This document shows positions 16,598-26,757 of a stretch of 64,000 nt of DNA, piece by piece (the stretch's first letter is position 1; the number at the start of each line of letters is the position of its first letter). The translations under genes and the position numbers were made by a program. Below the pieces are notes generated by a model that saw nothing but the letters and a program-made list of their open reading frames with translations, had not been told where the DNA came from and did not search any database. This DNA comes from an uncultured bacterium. GTDB lineage: Bacteria > Chloroflexota > UBA5177 > JANWHV01. Location of the stretch: the NCBI GenBank assembly GCA_963729625.1, contig CAVSOU010000014.1:96001-160000 (forward strand). The letters run 5' to 3'.

Positions 16598-19438
16598 CTA
16601 CCCAGGAACTCCCTGGTCCGCGAGCGCCGCCTGTCCGTCCTTTCTGAGAAGAACCTGGTCGACGACAACTTTGACGTTGTTGGAGGCGGTCCAAACACTT
16701 CCGTGCGCTTCGGGGCGCAGACCTGTCGCGGAATTCGCCGAAACCGCAACCACGGAATTCGCGGGGGCCGGGTAATTCATCGTCAACATTTGTCCATCCG
16801 CCCCGTAGAATGTTGCGCTGACCGTCGTGGAGATGTTTGTCGGGTTGAAGATGTACTCGGTCTCGGTGAACTGAGATGTGTCGCCGGTCGCAAAGGTCCA
16901 CTGGCTGGCGGCGACCTGCCGCCCTTCAATACTGGCGCCGGTGTGGCTACCTACATTCGGCGAACCGCCATAGTACTGGGCTTCCTCCGCAATGACCGGG
17001 ACGTCGCTCACAACATGAACGGCGATGGGGCTACGCTTCACACTCGCAAGCAACGTGTGCAATTCGAAGGTGCCCCGTTGGCCCGCCTCGATTGTCAGGG
17101 GCAGTGTGCCGGTGAGAGGTCCCGATCCGCCGTCCACGGTTGCAGTAATATGGGCAGTTTGCGTCATGGGGTCCACGATGCTGATAAACGACTGATCGCC
17201 CGAGAGTATTGATGCGTAGCCGAAATACCAATCCTTGCCGGGACTGGGGATGCCCGGCTTGACCCCAGCGCCAAACTTGCCGGAGCCGACCCCATCGCCC
17301 CAGTATTCAACGCGCTCGGCGACGATCGGCTGGCTGGCGACGACACTCGTGCTGAAGGACTTACCAGGCAACACGCTGCGAAGGTTGAGCGTGTAGCGTC
17401 CGAAAGGTACGAGCGTCGCCGCGATTGGAACGGACGAGCCGACCGTCGGATACAGGGTGACAGTCATGGTCACCGGCTGCGCGAATGGATTCAACACGGT
17501 GAGGTACGGCTGGAACGTAACGCCGCTGTACCCTTCGGCAAAGTACCAGGTCGACTGCGGCGCGGCCTGTCCCGGGCTGAAGTCAGAGTCGAGAATCTGC
17601 TGCTTGGCGTTAGTCCGCGTAATAGTTCGCTCCGCAAAAATAGGCACGCTTGCCTTTACGATGGCGGACACGATCTTATCCGGGCCGACATCGTTGTTCA
17701 CATCCTCGATGACGACGCTGTGCGCTGCCAGCGATATCGGCACGGAGCGTGTGCTCCCGTCTGGCAGCTGGTAACTGATCGTGCCCTGAGAGGCCACGTT
17801 TCCCACGTTCAACAGCCCGATGGTCTCATGGAAGAAGACGTTGGGTCCCTGACCGGTGTAGCCTTCCGCGAAGTACCACTGGCTACTGGCCCGCAGCGAC
17901 ACGGTGATTCCGGCATCAACCACGATATTCGACCGCATGCCCTGAACCTGGACCGAATATGGTCCCGGTGCCATTCCCAACGGCAACACAAGAGTGGCGC
18001 TAAATGCGCCCGTGGCATCCGTAGCAGGTAGCGGTCCCTGTACGCTGAGCACCGTCCCGCTGATCGAGAACGTAACGGGCTCGCTTCCGCCAAAGCCCTG
18101 GCCCGATGCGGTCACGAAAGCGCCCGGAGAGGCGTCAGTTGGATTGATCGCAAAAGAGGGAGGAACCTGGGCGTTCAGCGTGTAGCTCGCGCTGGCATGA
18201 TCGCCGCCCGTCCCGCTGATGGACAAGGAATACGGTATTCCCGGCTGTAGTGTGGGCAGGAGCGTCACGGTCGCCGTGAACGCTCCCGTGGCGTCTGGTA
18301 CTCCAACGGAGCCAACAGGCGGCTTGAACAGCCGCGTGGTGATGAACAAGTTCTCGTGCGGCACGAAGCCCGAGCCGGTGATGGTAACCTGGGACCCTGG
18401 GATCGCTGCCTGCGGAGATATCGTTATTCGGGCGTAGGCCGCGAACGTGACGATTCCAACCGCCGATGCTCCGCTCGTGATGCCACGGGCAGTGATCGTG
18501 CCCGGGCGTATTGGATCGGCCTGGTGGGGAATGTTGATTCGAGCGGTGGCGGATCCCGCGCTACCGGCATCGGTGGGCGTATTCGTCAGCGCAAAAGAAT
18601 TGAGTCCGGTGTCGTAGTATTTCAACGCAAACGTCACTGGCTCGCCGGCTTGAAACCCGTTCGCTTCCACCGTCACTGTTGCCCCGACCGGCGCGGGATT
18701 TGGCGAGATGCCGACTGAACCTGGAGGCGCAAGCACATCGAGCGTAATAGACGCCGAATCAGCCACGCCCAATCCGTTCGCGCTTCCCGCGAGCAGCAGC
18801 AGTTGATTGCCGGCCGGGGCTTCGGCCGGAAGGGTTAGCGACAACGCGGCGTTCCCAGCTTCGTCCGCGACCGCGTTGGTCACGGCGCCGGCGGGAAGCG
18901 GCTGACCTCCAAGCGTCGCCGAGAGCGTGTCGAGGGGCGCAAAGCCGGATCCATGGATCGTCATCTGGGTGCCAGCAGTGCCGACAAGACCCATACCCCC
19001 GACTATCGCTGCATGTAGCACGGTCCCGGTAATCAATTGGGCGGCCCCCAGGCCGGAGTTGCCGACTTCCGAAGCAACGACCCTGTTAACTCCCTGCACG
19101 TCGATGCCGAACGGAAGGCGGAGAGGCGAGCCCCCCGCACCGCCCACTGTCCCGTTCGAATCCGTTGCAAGATAGCCGATAGTTGACACTCCGGAACTCG
19201 TCTCCACACTGACGGCAACGCTGACGGGCTTCCCAGGGGAGCCAGGGTCAAAGCCGGTGCCGCGCACCTGGATGACGCCGTGCGGCACGACCATCGTCGG
19301 GCTAACGCTTATCGACGGAGCGGGCGTGTGAGCGTGGCGAGCCGAGACTGATGTTGGCACGCACAGCGCCGCAAGCAGCAGGCAGGCCGCGGATGCCCGG
19401 GTCATAACAGTGTTCACAAGACTCCGTCTTTTGTTCAC
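16598..19438 (-). CDS. Large secreted/surface protein with Ig-like repeats and C-terminal W(Y)FAEG repeats (DUF5719-like)
   Basis: Signal peptide, about five ~100-aa units (ISP....PG..V...G.GF.P.E), then four units with WYFAEG/WYFAEG/WYFGY/WTFATG. Confidence 0.8.
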   Translation of the reverse strand: MNKRRSLVNTVMTRASAACLLLAALCVPTSVSARHAHTPAPSISVSPTMVVPHGVIQVRGTGFDPGSPGKPVSVAVSVETSSGVSTIGYLATDSNGTVGGAGGSPLRLPFGIDVQGVNRVVASEVGNSGLGAAQLITGTVLHAAIVGGMGLVGTAGTQMTIHGSGFAPLDTLSATLGGQPLPAGAVTNAVADEAGNAALSLTLPAEAPAGNQLLLLAGSANGLGVADSASITLDVLAPPGSVGISPNPAPVGATVTVEANGFQAGEPVTFALKYYDTGLNSFALTNTPTDAGSAGSATARINIPHQADPIRPGTITARGITSGASAVGIVTFAAYARITISPQAAIPGSQVTITGSGFVPHENLFITTRLFKPPVGSVGVPDATGAFTATVTLLPTLQPGIPYSLSISGTGGDHASASYTLNAQVPPSFAINPTDASPGAFVTASGQGFGGSEPVTFSISGTVLSVQGPLPATDATGAFSATLVLPLGMAPGPYSVQVQGMRSNIVVDAGITVSLRASSQWYFAEGYTGQGPNVFFHETIGLLNVGNVASQGTISYQLPDGSTRSVPISLAAHSVVIEDVNNDVGPDKIVSAIVKASVPIFAERTITRTNAKQQILDSDFSPGQAAPQSTWYFAEGYSGVTFQPYLTVLNPFAQPVTMTVTLYPTVGSSVPIAATLVPFGRYTLNLRSVLPGKSFSTSVVASQPIVAERVEYWGDGVGSGKFGAGVKPGIPSPGKDWYFGYASILSGDQSFISIVDPMTQTAHITATVDGGSGPLTGTLPLTIEAGQRGTFELHTLLASVKRSPIAVHVVSDVPVIAEEAQYYGGSPNVGSHTGASIEGRQVAASQWTFATGDTSQFTETEYIFNPTNISTTVSATFYGADGQMLTMNYPAPANSVVAVSANSATGLRPEAHGSVWTASNNVKVVVDQVLLRKDGQAALADQGVPG

Positions 19439-19623
19439 GTTCTTTCCCTACACTAATGGAGTTGCATCCTTGAGGTCTGATATGAGGGCCACGCCTCTGG
19501 GTGTAACCGACTCGCTGGTACCATGGCAACGTACACGGGCGCAGCGCGACTGTTGGAGCTTGTTCCGAGTCCCGTCCGCGGTCCGGAAGCGAGTTCGTGC
19601 CGCCACCACGATTGGAGTGTAGT

Positions 19624-21033
19624 ATGGTCGAAGCCGCCGGGGTAGATTACCTTCGGGCTTTCCCTGATTTCGAGCAGGGAAATGTGACCGCTGCCGAGGC
19701 GCTTGGGCTTTCGCGCGTGCTGGCACTGCTCGAGGCGGTAGGATCACCTCATCTGCGGCTGCCGGTGGTTCATATCGCCGGTACGAAGGGCAAAGGTTCG
19801 ACTGCAGCATCAGTGGCCGCTATTGCAATGGCGGCGGGCTACCGGACAGGCTTGTTTACCCAGCCGCATCTCGTGAGGTTGAACGAACGGTTCGCCGTAG
19901 ATGGCAAGTTCCTGGACGATGCGACGTTGTCAACGATAATGCTCGCACAAATCAAGCCTGCCGTGGAGCGGATCGCCCAACGCGGTGTCTTGGGCATACA
20001 ACAGTTCGAAGCGCAAGTGGCTCTGGCCTTGCTCTGGTTTGAGGCCGCGCACGTCGATGTCGCCGTGCTCGAGGTCGGGCTGGGGGGCAGATTAGACGCG
20101 ACAAACGTCGTGCCTTGCCCGCTCGTTACGGTGTTGACAAGTATCGGGCTCGACCACACCGCCATCCTCGGTGCCACTCTTCCGCTGATAGCCGCGGAGA
20201 AGGCTGCAATTGTCAAGGCCCAGGTGCCGGTTGTGGCTTCGCCGCAAAAGGCCGAAGTGGTTCGAGTCTTCGAAGAACGTTGCCGGCGGATGAACGCGCC
20301 TCTCCTGCTTGGAGACAGGGATTGGCAAGTAACTGCAGCGCGGACCGACATTTCCGGCACGAGCTTCGACCTGCGATTTGACGTAGGAGAAAATGGGCCA
20401 AGAGGGAGCAGCTCAGCCGTGAGCAAACTACAGGTCCCAAGTAGCGATTCAGGCCTCCGAGCATTGCGTACGCCGTTGCGGGGCGTGTACCAGGCCTGGA
20501 ACGGTGCCGCGGCAGCAGTGGCGTCGCTGGTGATCGCCAGACGGCTTACTCGTATTGACGAGATGGCGATCAGGCGCGGGCTTGCGTGGACTGCATGGCC
20601 GGGCCGGCTGCAGACAATTGCTGTCAATCCGACAGTCATCGTCGATGGAGCGCATACCCCCGAGTCGGCCGCAGTGCTCTCCGTCGCGGTATCTGAGCTG
20701 TACCGTGGCAGGAAGATCGTGCTCGTTTGCGGTGTGCAGGCTGACAAGGACATACCGGGCATCGCCGAGCCACTTGCGAGGCTGGCCAGCCAGGTCGTCG
20801 CCACTGCGGCCCATCATAGACGAGCCGCTACCTCGCTTGCCGTCGCCAGTGCCTTCCGTGCCACCGGGCATGCCCACGTGGTGCAAAGGTCTGAGCCGAT
20901 GGATGCGATGGCTCTAGCACTCACCATGGCTGGAGCTGACGGCGTCGTTCTTGTCACAGGCTCACTCTATCTCGTCGGGGCGGTCCTCGAGGGTGCCGGC
21001 GTGGATCCTTGGACGCCGTTCCACGAGAGATGA
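19624..21033 (+). CDS. folC: Bifunctional folylpolyglutamate synthase/dihydrofolate synthase
   Basis: VHIAGTKGKGST, EVGLGGRLDATNV, GLDH...LG..IAAEKA, WPGR, DGAH, GSLYLVG. Confidence 0.95.
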   Translation: MVEAAGVDYLRAFPDFEQGNVTAAEALGLSRVLALLEAVGSPHLRLPVVHIAGTKGKGSTAASVAAIAMAAGYRTGLFTQPHLVRLNERFAVDGKFLDDATLSTIMLAQIKPAVERIAQRGVLGIQQFEAQVALALLWFEAAHVDVAVLEVGLGGRLDATNVVPCPLVTVLTSIGLDHTAILGATLPLIAAEKAAIVKAQVPVVASPQKAEVVRVFEERCRRMNAPLLLGDRDWQVTAARTDISGTSFDLRFDVGENGPRGSSSAVSKLQVPSSDSGLRALRTPLRGVYQAWNGAAAAVASLVIARRLTRIDEMAIRRGLAWTAWPGRLQTIAVNPTVIVDGAHTPESAAVLSVAVSELYRGRKIVLVCGVQADKDIPGIAEPLARLASQVVATAAHHRRAATSLAVASAFRATGHAHVVQRSEPMDAMALALTMAGADGVVLVTGSLYLVGAVLEGAGVDPWTPFHER

Positions 21034-21968
21034 GCAAGAACCCTCTGCTCGTAGTTACTGGCCCAACGGCGAGCGGCAAGACCGTGGTGGGAATCGACGT
21101 CGCTCGTGCGTTCGACGGCGAGATCGTTAATGCCGATTCCCGCCAGGTCTACCGTGGAATGGATGTGGGTACAGCGAAGCCGACGGCGGTCGAGCAAGCG
21201 GAGGCCAAGCACCATCTTCTCGACATCGTCGAGCCGGATGAGGACTTCTCGCTTGGCCTGTACATCAAGCTGGCGCATGCCGCAATCGCGGAGATTCATG
21301 CGCGAGGAAAGCTTCCGCTGCTCGTCGGCGGGACGGGCCTCTACGCACGGGCAGTAAGCCAGGGCTTCGACGTGCCGGAGGTTGCACCAAACCGTGACCT
21401 TCGTCGCAGGCTGGAGAATGAGGCAGCGGAGGATGGCCCTGTCGCCTTGCTGGAGCGGCTCAAGACCGTCGACCCGGTGAGCGCCGCCCGTATCGACCGG
21501 CATAACGTCCGGCGGATTATTCGCGCAATTGAGGTGACGGAGGCGCTGGGGGAGCCGTTCTCGGCCCGCCGGCGCAGCGCGGCGCAGTACGATTCACTCA
21601 CGATAGTCCTTGTCGCCGACAAGCCTCTGCTGTTCGAGAGGGCTGACGAGCGCCTGACTGCCATGATGCGCAACGGGTTCCTGTCCGAGGTGGCGCGTCT
21701 TCTCAATGCCGGATACAGCCTGGAACTGCCGTCCATGTCCGCGGTGGGCTACCGTGAGCTTGCTCGTCACCTACGAGCCGAATGCGTGTTGAAGGAGGCG
21801 CTCGAGGCTACGCGGAGCAGTACGCGCGCGTTCATCAAGCGCCAGCTGACGTGGTTCAGGGCGGACGCCGGAGTCCGCCGAGTGGATATCTCGCACGGTG
21901 ACGTGAACGAGACTGCGCGCCGGCTGGTAGGTAGGTGGCTCGCATCGACAGCTGGCGGGAGATCGTGA
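21030..21968 (+). CDS. miaA: tRNA dimethylallyltransferase
   Basis: GPTASGKT, NADSRQVYRGMDVGTAKP, VGGTGLY, KRQLTWFR. ATGA-coupled to folC. Confidence 0.97.
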   Translation: MSKNPLLVVTGPTASGKTVVGIDVARAFDGEIVNADSRQVYRGMDVGTAKPTAVEQAEAKHHLLDIVEPDEDFSLGLYIKLAHAAIAEIHARGKLPLLVGGTGLYARAVSQGFDVPEVAPNRDLRRRLENEAAEDGPVALLERLKTVDPVSAARIDRHNVRRIIRAIEVTEALGEPFSARRRSAAQYDSLTIVLVADKPLLFERADERLTAMMRNGFLSEVARLLNAGYSLELPSMSAVGYRELARHLRAECVLKEALEATRSSTRAFIKRQLTWFRADAGVRRVDISHGDVNETARRLVGRWLASTAGGRS

Positions 21969-23575
21969 TGCCGCTTCCGTTGGCGGGCCGGGCGCGGGTT
22001 GCAATGGGTCTGCCGTTATCGGTCGGCTTCGGGCTCCTTTGCCTGTACCTTTTGACTTTTCCAGGCAGCATATCACCGCATTCAAGCGACGGGCGTGCAA
22101 TGTATCTCGTCACGCAATCGCTCGTCGACCGGCGAGACATCGCCATCCAACCATCGATGCCGAGCGAAGTCGCCGTGGCACCTGGCTGGCGCACCATTCC
22201 TATTCCTCGGACGTCCTGCCCCACGGAGCCCGCCGTAATCGGCATTGGGCAGAGCGCTGGAGGGCCGTTCTACAGCAAGTACGGCATCGGCCAGTCAGTG
22301 GCAGCCATCCCCCTGTACGTGGCGGGGCTCGCGGTGGCGCATCTGGTTCCGGCAGCTGTGCGCAACGAAGCTGCCACGTTCGTCACTAGCGCCTACACAT
22401 CGGTGATCACGGCGCTGACCTCGGCACTGCTCTGCGCGCTGGCCCTGCGACTCGGCTGGACGCGAATGGTAGCCTTGTCGCTTGCGGTACTTTATGGCGT
22501 GTCGACACCTGCGTGGGCCTATACGACCAGCTTTTTCAGCGAGCCGACTGTCGCACTTTTCCTGCTGGGCGCACTCGCGGCGGTGATGTGGGACGTCGAC
22601 GTGGGATCACCGGTTGCGGCCCTCTTGGCGGGCTGCTGCCTCGGCGGGGCAATACTGACGCACGCGGCGGACACTGCGTTTTACGTGCCGCTTTTCATTC
22701 TGTACGTGGCGGTGCAGTCAAACCCGCACCGTCGAATCGGGTTGATCGTGGCGGTGGCCGCGCCTGTTCTGGTTGCCCTCGGCGTCTGTGCTTGGTACGA
22801 CGTGGCGCGATTCGGCTCGCCGCTCACGACGGGCTATGGAATTGTCGGCGACGTGCACGATCTGCACCCGCCTCACACCCTGCAAGCATTCTGGGAGGGA
22901 GTCTACGGCCCGCTTCTGAGCCCAGGTAAGGGGCTCGTGTTGTACGCTCCCGTCCTTCTGCTTCTGCCCTGGGCACTGGCTCGCTTCTGGAGAAGCGCTG
23001 CTCCCGCAGCATGGCTCATCGCAGGCGTCCTGGCCGTCGCGGTGCTCGCCCACGCGAACACGCTGATCGTGTGGCTCGGGGGGTGGGCCTGGGGGCCTCG
23101 CTTCATGATCCCGGTGCTACCGATACTCGTCCTTCCGCTGGGCGCGCTTCTCGACGGTTGTCGTGTCGCAGTGCGACGACTATTCTGGATTGTTGGCGCG
23201 CTCGGCACACTCGTTCAGGTGCCCGCGGTGATCCTCGACAAGAACGCGTACATAGCTTTCCTCGCCACGAACCGATGCATCTGGGATGCCGAGAACCTCT
23301 ACAAGTGGCACCCCGCGTACTCACCGCTGATCGGACAATGGGAGCGTGTGCTCGACCGTTCGACCTACTCCGTGCATAGCCTGGCGGACCGCGGCCCCAC
23401 TGCCTTCAACATAGCCACCGGTATCTTCGTTCCCGCGCCACGCCCATGGTGGTCGCTGCTCTCGGACCAGGGCGCAAGGCACCCAGTGCTCGTTGTCGTC
23501 ATCGCCATTCTGGCCGCGGGCACGGCACTTGCGGCAAGCGCGGCCCTTCGCTTGGCTCGACCTGCCCGAGACTAA
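21968..23575 (+). CDS. Polytopic membrane glycosyltransferase (GT-C/PMT-like)
   Basis: First-loop acidic motif SSDG..MY, YSKYG.GQS, FFSEP, LLSPGKGL..YAP, WLGGWAWGPRF. Many TM helices. Confidence 0.7.
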   Translation: MPLPLAGRARVAMGLPLSVGFGLLCLYLLTFPGSISPHSSDGRAMYLVTQSLVDRRDIAIQPSMPSEVAVAPGWRTIPIPRTSCPTEPAVIGIGQSAGGPFYSKYGIGQSVAAIPLYVAGLAVAHLVPAAVRNEAATFVTSAYTSVITALTSALLCALALRLGWTRMVALSLAVLYGVSTPAWAYTTSFFSEPTVALFLLGALAAVMWDVDVGSPVAALLAGCCLGGAILTHAADTAFYVPLFILYVAVQSNPHRRIGLIVAVAAPVLVALGVCAWYDVARFGSPLTTGYGIVGDVHDLHPPHTLQAFWEGVYGPLLSPGKGLVLYAPVLLLLPWALARFWRSAAPAAWLIAGVLAVAVLAHANTLIVWLGGWAWGPRFMIPVLPILVLPLGALLDGCRVAVRRLFWIVGALGTLVQVPAVILDKNAYIAFLATNRCIWDAENLYKWHPAYSPLIGQWERVLDRSTYSVHSLADRGPTAFNIATGIFVPAPRPWWSLLSDQGARHPVLVVVIAILAAGTALAASAALRLARPARD

Positions 23576-23619
23576 GGCCGTGGCGTCGTCGATGCCGACC
23601 CGCCGTGACGTGCGGCCAG

Positions 23620-25032
23620 CTATTTGCCGATACAGAAGTCGGCAAAGATGCGGTCGAGCACCGCTTCGCTGACATTCAGGCCGGTCACGCTGCCCAGGGC
23701 ATCAAGCGCCTCGCGCAAGTCGATGCAGACGAGTTCCACGGGCCTCCGCTCCGTCAGACCATGAATGGTTCTATCGAGACCTTCGACCGCATCGCGAAGA
23801 GCCTGCGCCTGTCGAGCATTCTCGACCAGCGTGTCCTCGGCGTTCAGAGAGCCATCGCCGAGCGCCGCGCGTGCCAACGCATCCTCGAGAGCGTCGAGCC
23901 CCTCGCCGGATACGGCGGAACATCGCACGGTGTCTGTAGGGCGCCAAGGAGTGATGGCGACGCCGATCTCAGCGCCGGGAGCATACACGGGCCTGGCGGA
24001 CAAGTCACACTTGTTCTCCGCGATGATCAGCGGAGCAGTCGGTGCCAATTGTCGCACGATCGTTGCCGCATCGAGATCCGCCGGATCGATCGCGCTCGTC
24101 GAGTCGACGGTAAGGACGACAACCCCAGCGGATCGTATCGCTGCCCGACTGCGTTCAACTCCCATCTTCTCGACCAAGTCGTCGGTACCGGTAAGGCCGG
24201 CGGTGTCGACAAGGAACATCGGCAAACCGTGGATATCCGCAGCCTCCTCGAGCGTATCCCGAGTGGTGCCGGCGACCGGCGTAACGATTGCCCGGTCCCG
24301 TCGCAACAATGCGTTGAGCAGGCTAGACTTGCCGACATTGGGCTTGCCCGCGAGCACGACCCTCACGCCGTCACGTAAGAGGGCTCCGTGCGCGGCCCGA
24401 CTGAGGAGAGCTGCAACGCGAGCGCGTGCGTCGCCTAGCGCCTGGATATGCTCTTCGGTTTGCTTCTCCGGCAGGCCTTCCTCGACGAAGTCGATTGTTG
24501 CTTCGAAATACGCGAGCGCTCCGGTCACGATACGCACAATCGGCTCCAGGCGCATCCCAAGCGCTCCGGTCACACCTTGCGCGGCGACCTGCGCCGCGGT
24601 AGGACTTCGCGCACGGACGAGCTCCACCACCGATTCGGCCTGCGCAAGGTCCAGCCTGCCGTTGAGAAAGGCACGCAGCGTGAACTCGCCGCGTTTCGCG
24701 AGGACTGCTCCGGATTCAAGGCAGCACCCGACGATCGCCTGCAAGACCACGGGGCTGCCGTGGCACTGAAACTCCACAACATCCTCGCCGGTATACGAGT
24801 GGGGCGCAGCCATGTAACACATCAGGCAGTCGTCCAGCATCGCGTTTGTCCGCGGATTGCGCGCGACTCCGTGCACGAGCCGGTGGCTCCGCAGCCGAAC
24901 CGACCGGCGGTCAGGCGAAAACAACGTGAGCGCAATCGCCCGCGCCGCCGGGCCGCTCAGGCGAACGATCCCGATGCCACCTTCGCCCGGGGGAGTCGCG
25001 ACGGCGACGACAGTTGTATCAGAGCCGATCAT
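23620..25032 (-). CDS. mnmE: tRNA modification GTPase MnmE
   Basis: DT..A.ATPPGEGGIGIVRLSG, GKPNVGKSSL, GTTRD, DTAG, NKCD, C-terminal FCIGK. Confidence 0.97.
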   Translation of the reverse strand: MIGSDTTVVAVATPPGEGGIGIVRLSGPAARAIALTLFSPDRRSVRLRSHRLVHGVARNPRTNAMLDDCLMCYMAAPHSYTGEDVVEFQCHGSPVVLQAIVGCCLESGAVLAKRGEFTLRAFLNGRLDLAQAESVVELVRARSPTAAQVAAQGVTGALGMRLEPIVRIVTGALAYFEATIDFVEEGLPEKQTEEHIQALGDARARVAALLSRAAHGALLRDGVRVVLAGKPNVGKSSLLNALLRRDRAIVTPVAGTTRDTLEEAADIHGLPMFLVDTAGLTGTDDLVEKMGVERSRAAIRSAGVVVLTVDSTSAIDPADLDAATIVRQLAPTAPLIIAENKCDLSARPVYAPGAEIGVAITPWRPTDTVRCSAVSGEGLDALEDALARAALGDGSLNAEDTLVENARQAQALRDAVEGLDRTIHGLTERRPVELVCIDLREALDALGSVTGLNVSEAVLDRIFADFCIGK

Positions 25033-25861
25033 ACTCCACAAGTCGCCGTTCGGCCTGCTCGAAGGTCGGAATCCCCTCGATGCCGAAATGCTCTACATGG
25101 AACGAAGCGACAACCGCGGCGAAGCGGGCAGCAGCAATCGCGTCCTTCGTGCTGTAGTACCGAATTAGGAATGCTGCGGAGAACACATCGCCGGCGCCAT
25201 TGTCGTCGACCTCGTCAACCGGAAATGCCGGGATCTTGGTTGATCTGTCGCCCTCAAACACGGTTGCACCGTGATTGCCGTCGGTCAGGACGACAATCTT
25301 ATGAGCCGCACGATAGAAACCGATAACCCCCCGCTGTTCGCCAATATCCTCTTCACTCAGGAAGCTGATTTCGACGGGGGGCGCCCATGCCAGCATCTTG
25401 TCCGCGGCAAGTGGGTGAACGTGCCCGTCCGATCCCCAATCTCGGAGCCAGCCTTGCACGGACGCTCCACGCAGCGAGCCCTCAAATGATGCGATCAGGT
25501 CATGATCGATTTCCTGCGCCAGAGGACCGAAATGAACCAACGGCATGTTCTTCCACTCGGGAGGAACACTGTTCGACCGAAGCGGCGCCGCTACATCGGT
25601 GATGTACTGCTCACGCACGCCGTTCACGAAGACATGCGTGAACGTACACCAGACGGAAGACGGCACGTTATGTACTCTGACGCCGCTTGGAATCACACTG
25701 GACACGCCTTCTTCGGGCATGCTGGTCAGCACGTGCACGTCGGCGCCGAGGCGCAGCGCGGTGACCGCCGCGAACAGCGCGGTGCCGCCCCATTCTCGCC
25801 CATTTGGTGTGTGGTCTACGGTGACGTGACCAATGACCAGATACGGAATAGTGTCGCTCAC
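25019..25861 (-). CDS. PfkB/ribokinase family carbohydrate kinase
   Basis: YLVIGHVTVD.....GGTALFAA, QGWLR, EVDDNGAGDVFSAAF. GTG start overlaps the jag stop. Confidence 0.85.
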   Translation of the reverse strand: MSDTIPYLVIGHVTVDHTPNGREWGGTALFAAVTALRLGADVHVLTSMPEEGVSSVIPSGVRVHNVPSSVWCTFTHVFVNGVREQYITDVAAPLRSNSVPPEWKNMPLVHFGPLAQEIDHDLIASFEGSLRGASVQGWLRDWGSDGHVHPLAADKMLAWAPPVEISFLSEEDIGEQRGVIGFYRAAHKIVVLTDGNHGATVFEGDRSTKIPAFPVDEVDDNGAGDVFSAAFLIRYYSTKDAIAAARFAAVVASFHVEHFGIEGIPTFEQAERRLVEYDRL

Positions 25862-26757
25862 CGCGCGCCCTGGCGTGGCGAGATGACAACACACCGGTTT
25901 GGCTCCTCGCCGACGCTGTTCGTGACGACCCACGGACTGTTCTGCAGCGTCATGTGGACGACACGCCGCTCGTTGGCTGGCATCGGATCGAGCTTGATCT
26001 CGTGGTGGATTTGACGAACGCGCGACGCTTGGCGATTGGCGAGCGAACGCAAAGTCTCCTCCCGGCGAACGCGGTAGTGTTCTACGTCCACAATGACTTT
26101 GCACCATCGATTGACTCGGCGCCCCACGATCGCGTTGACCAGATACTGCAGCGACCCCAGCGTGTCACCGTGCCTGCCGATCAGAAGGCCGAGGTCGTCA
26201 CCGAGCACGTCCACGACGACTGGATTGGCAGAGCTACGAATGGTTGCCGACGCGGTGAGTCCCATCCGAGTGAGGAGCTCGCGTACTACCTCCACGGCGA
26301 CCTCGGCGACGGCGCTGTTGTCGGGTCGCGCGATCTCCTGCTGATCGCCGTTCTGCTGTTCATCGTCGACATACGCAGTCGGTGCGGAAGCCAGTACTGA
26401 TTCCACAGCCGCGATCGGCAGGTCTCTACCAGCTTCAGCCGCCTGTTTTCGCGCGCGCGACACCAATGGCGACTGTTCGGCGCCAGGGTCGAGCGCGTCA
26501 CGCGTCTGCACGGCGGGCGACTGTTGCGAAGCCGGGCGCGCGACTTCGGGTGCACGCCGGGACAGGATTGCCTTGGGCATCGCGAGGATTCGGGCATTCT
26601 CGCCGCCCATCCCCAGGAAGCCCTTGCTGCCTTCGCTGATGACGGTGACGTCGATTTCGTCTGCCGACAATCCGAGGCGCTGCTGCGCTTCCAATATGGC
26701 GTCGGCGACCGTCTTGGCGCTCACAGTAATGCTCTGGCTGCCCCGCTCACTCGTCAC
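25858..26757 (-). CDS. jag: RNA-binding protein Jag/KhpB (Jag_N-KH-R3H)
   Basis: AKTVADAI..A...L, EGSKGFLG.G, LIGRHGDTLGSLQYL, PM..NERRVVH..L, SVGEEPNR. Confidence 0.95.
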   Translation of the reverse strand: MTSERGSQSITVSAKTVADAILEAQQRLGLSADEIDVTVISEGSKGFLGMGGENARILAMPKAILSRRAPEVARPASQQSPAVQTRDALDPGAEQSPLVSRARKQAAEAGRDLPIAAVESVLASAPTAYVDDEQQNGDQQEIARPDNSAVAEVAVEVVRELLTRMGLTASATIRSSANPVVVDVLGDDLGLLIGRHGDTLGSLQYLVNAIVGRRVNRWCKVIVDVEHYRVRREETLRSLANRQASRVRQIHHEIKLDPMPANERRVVHMTLQNSPWVVTNSVGEEPNRCVVISPRQGAR

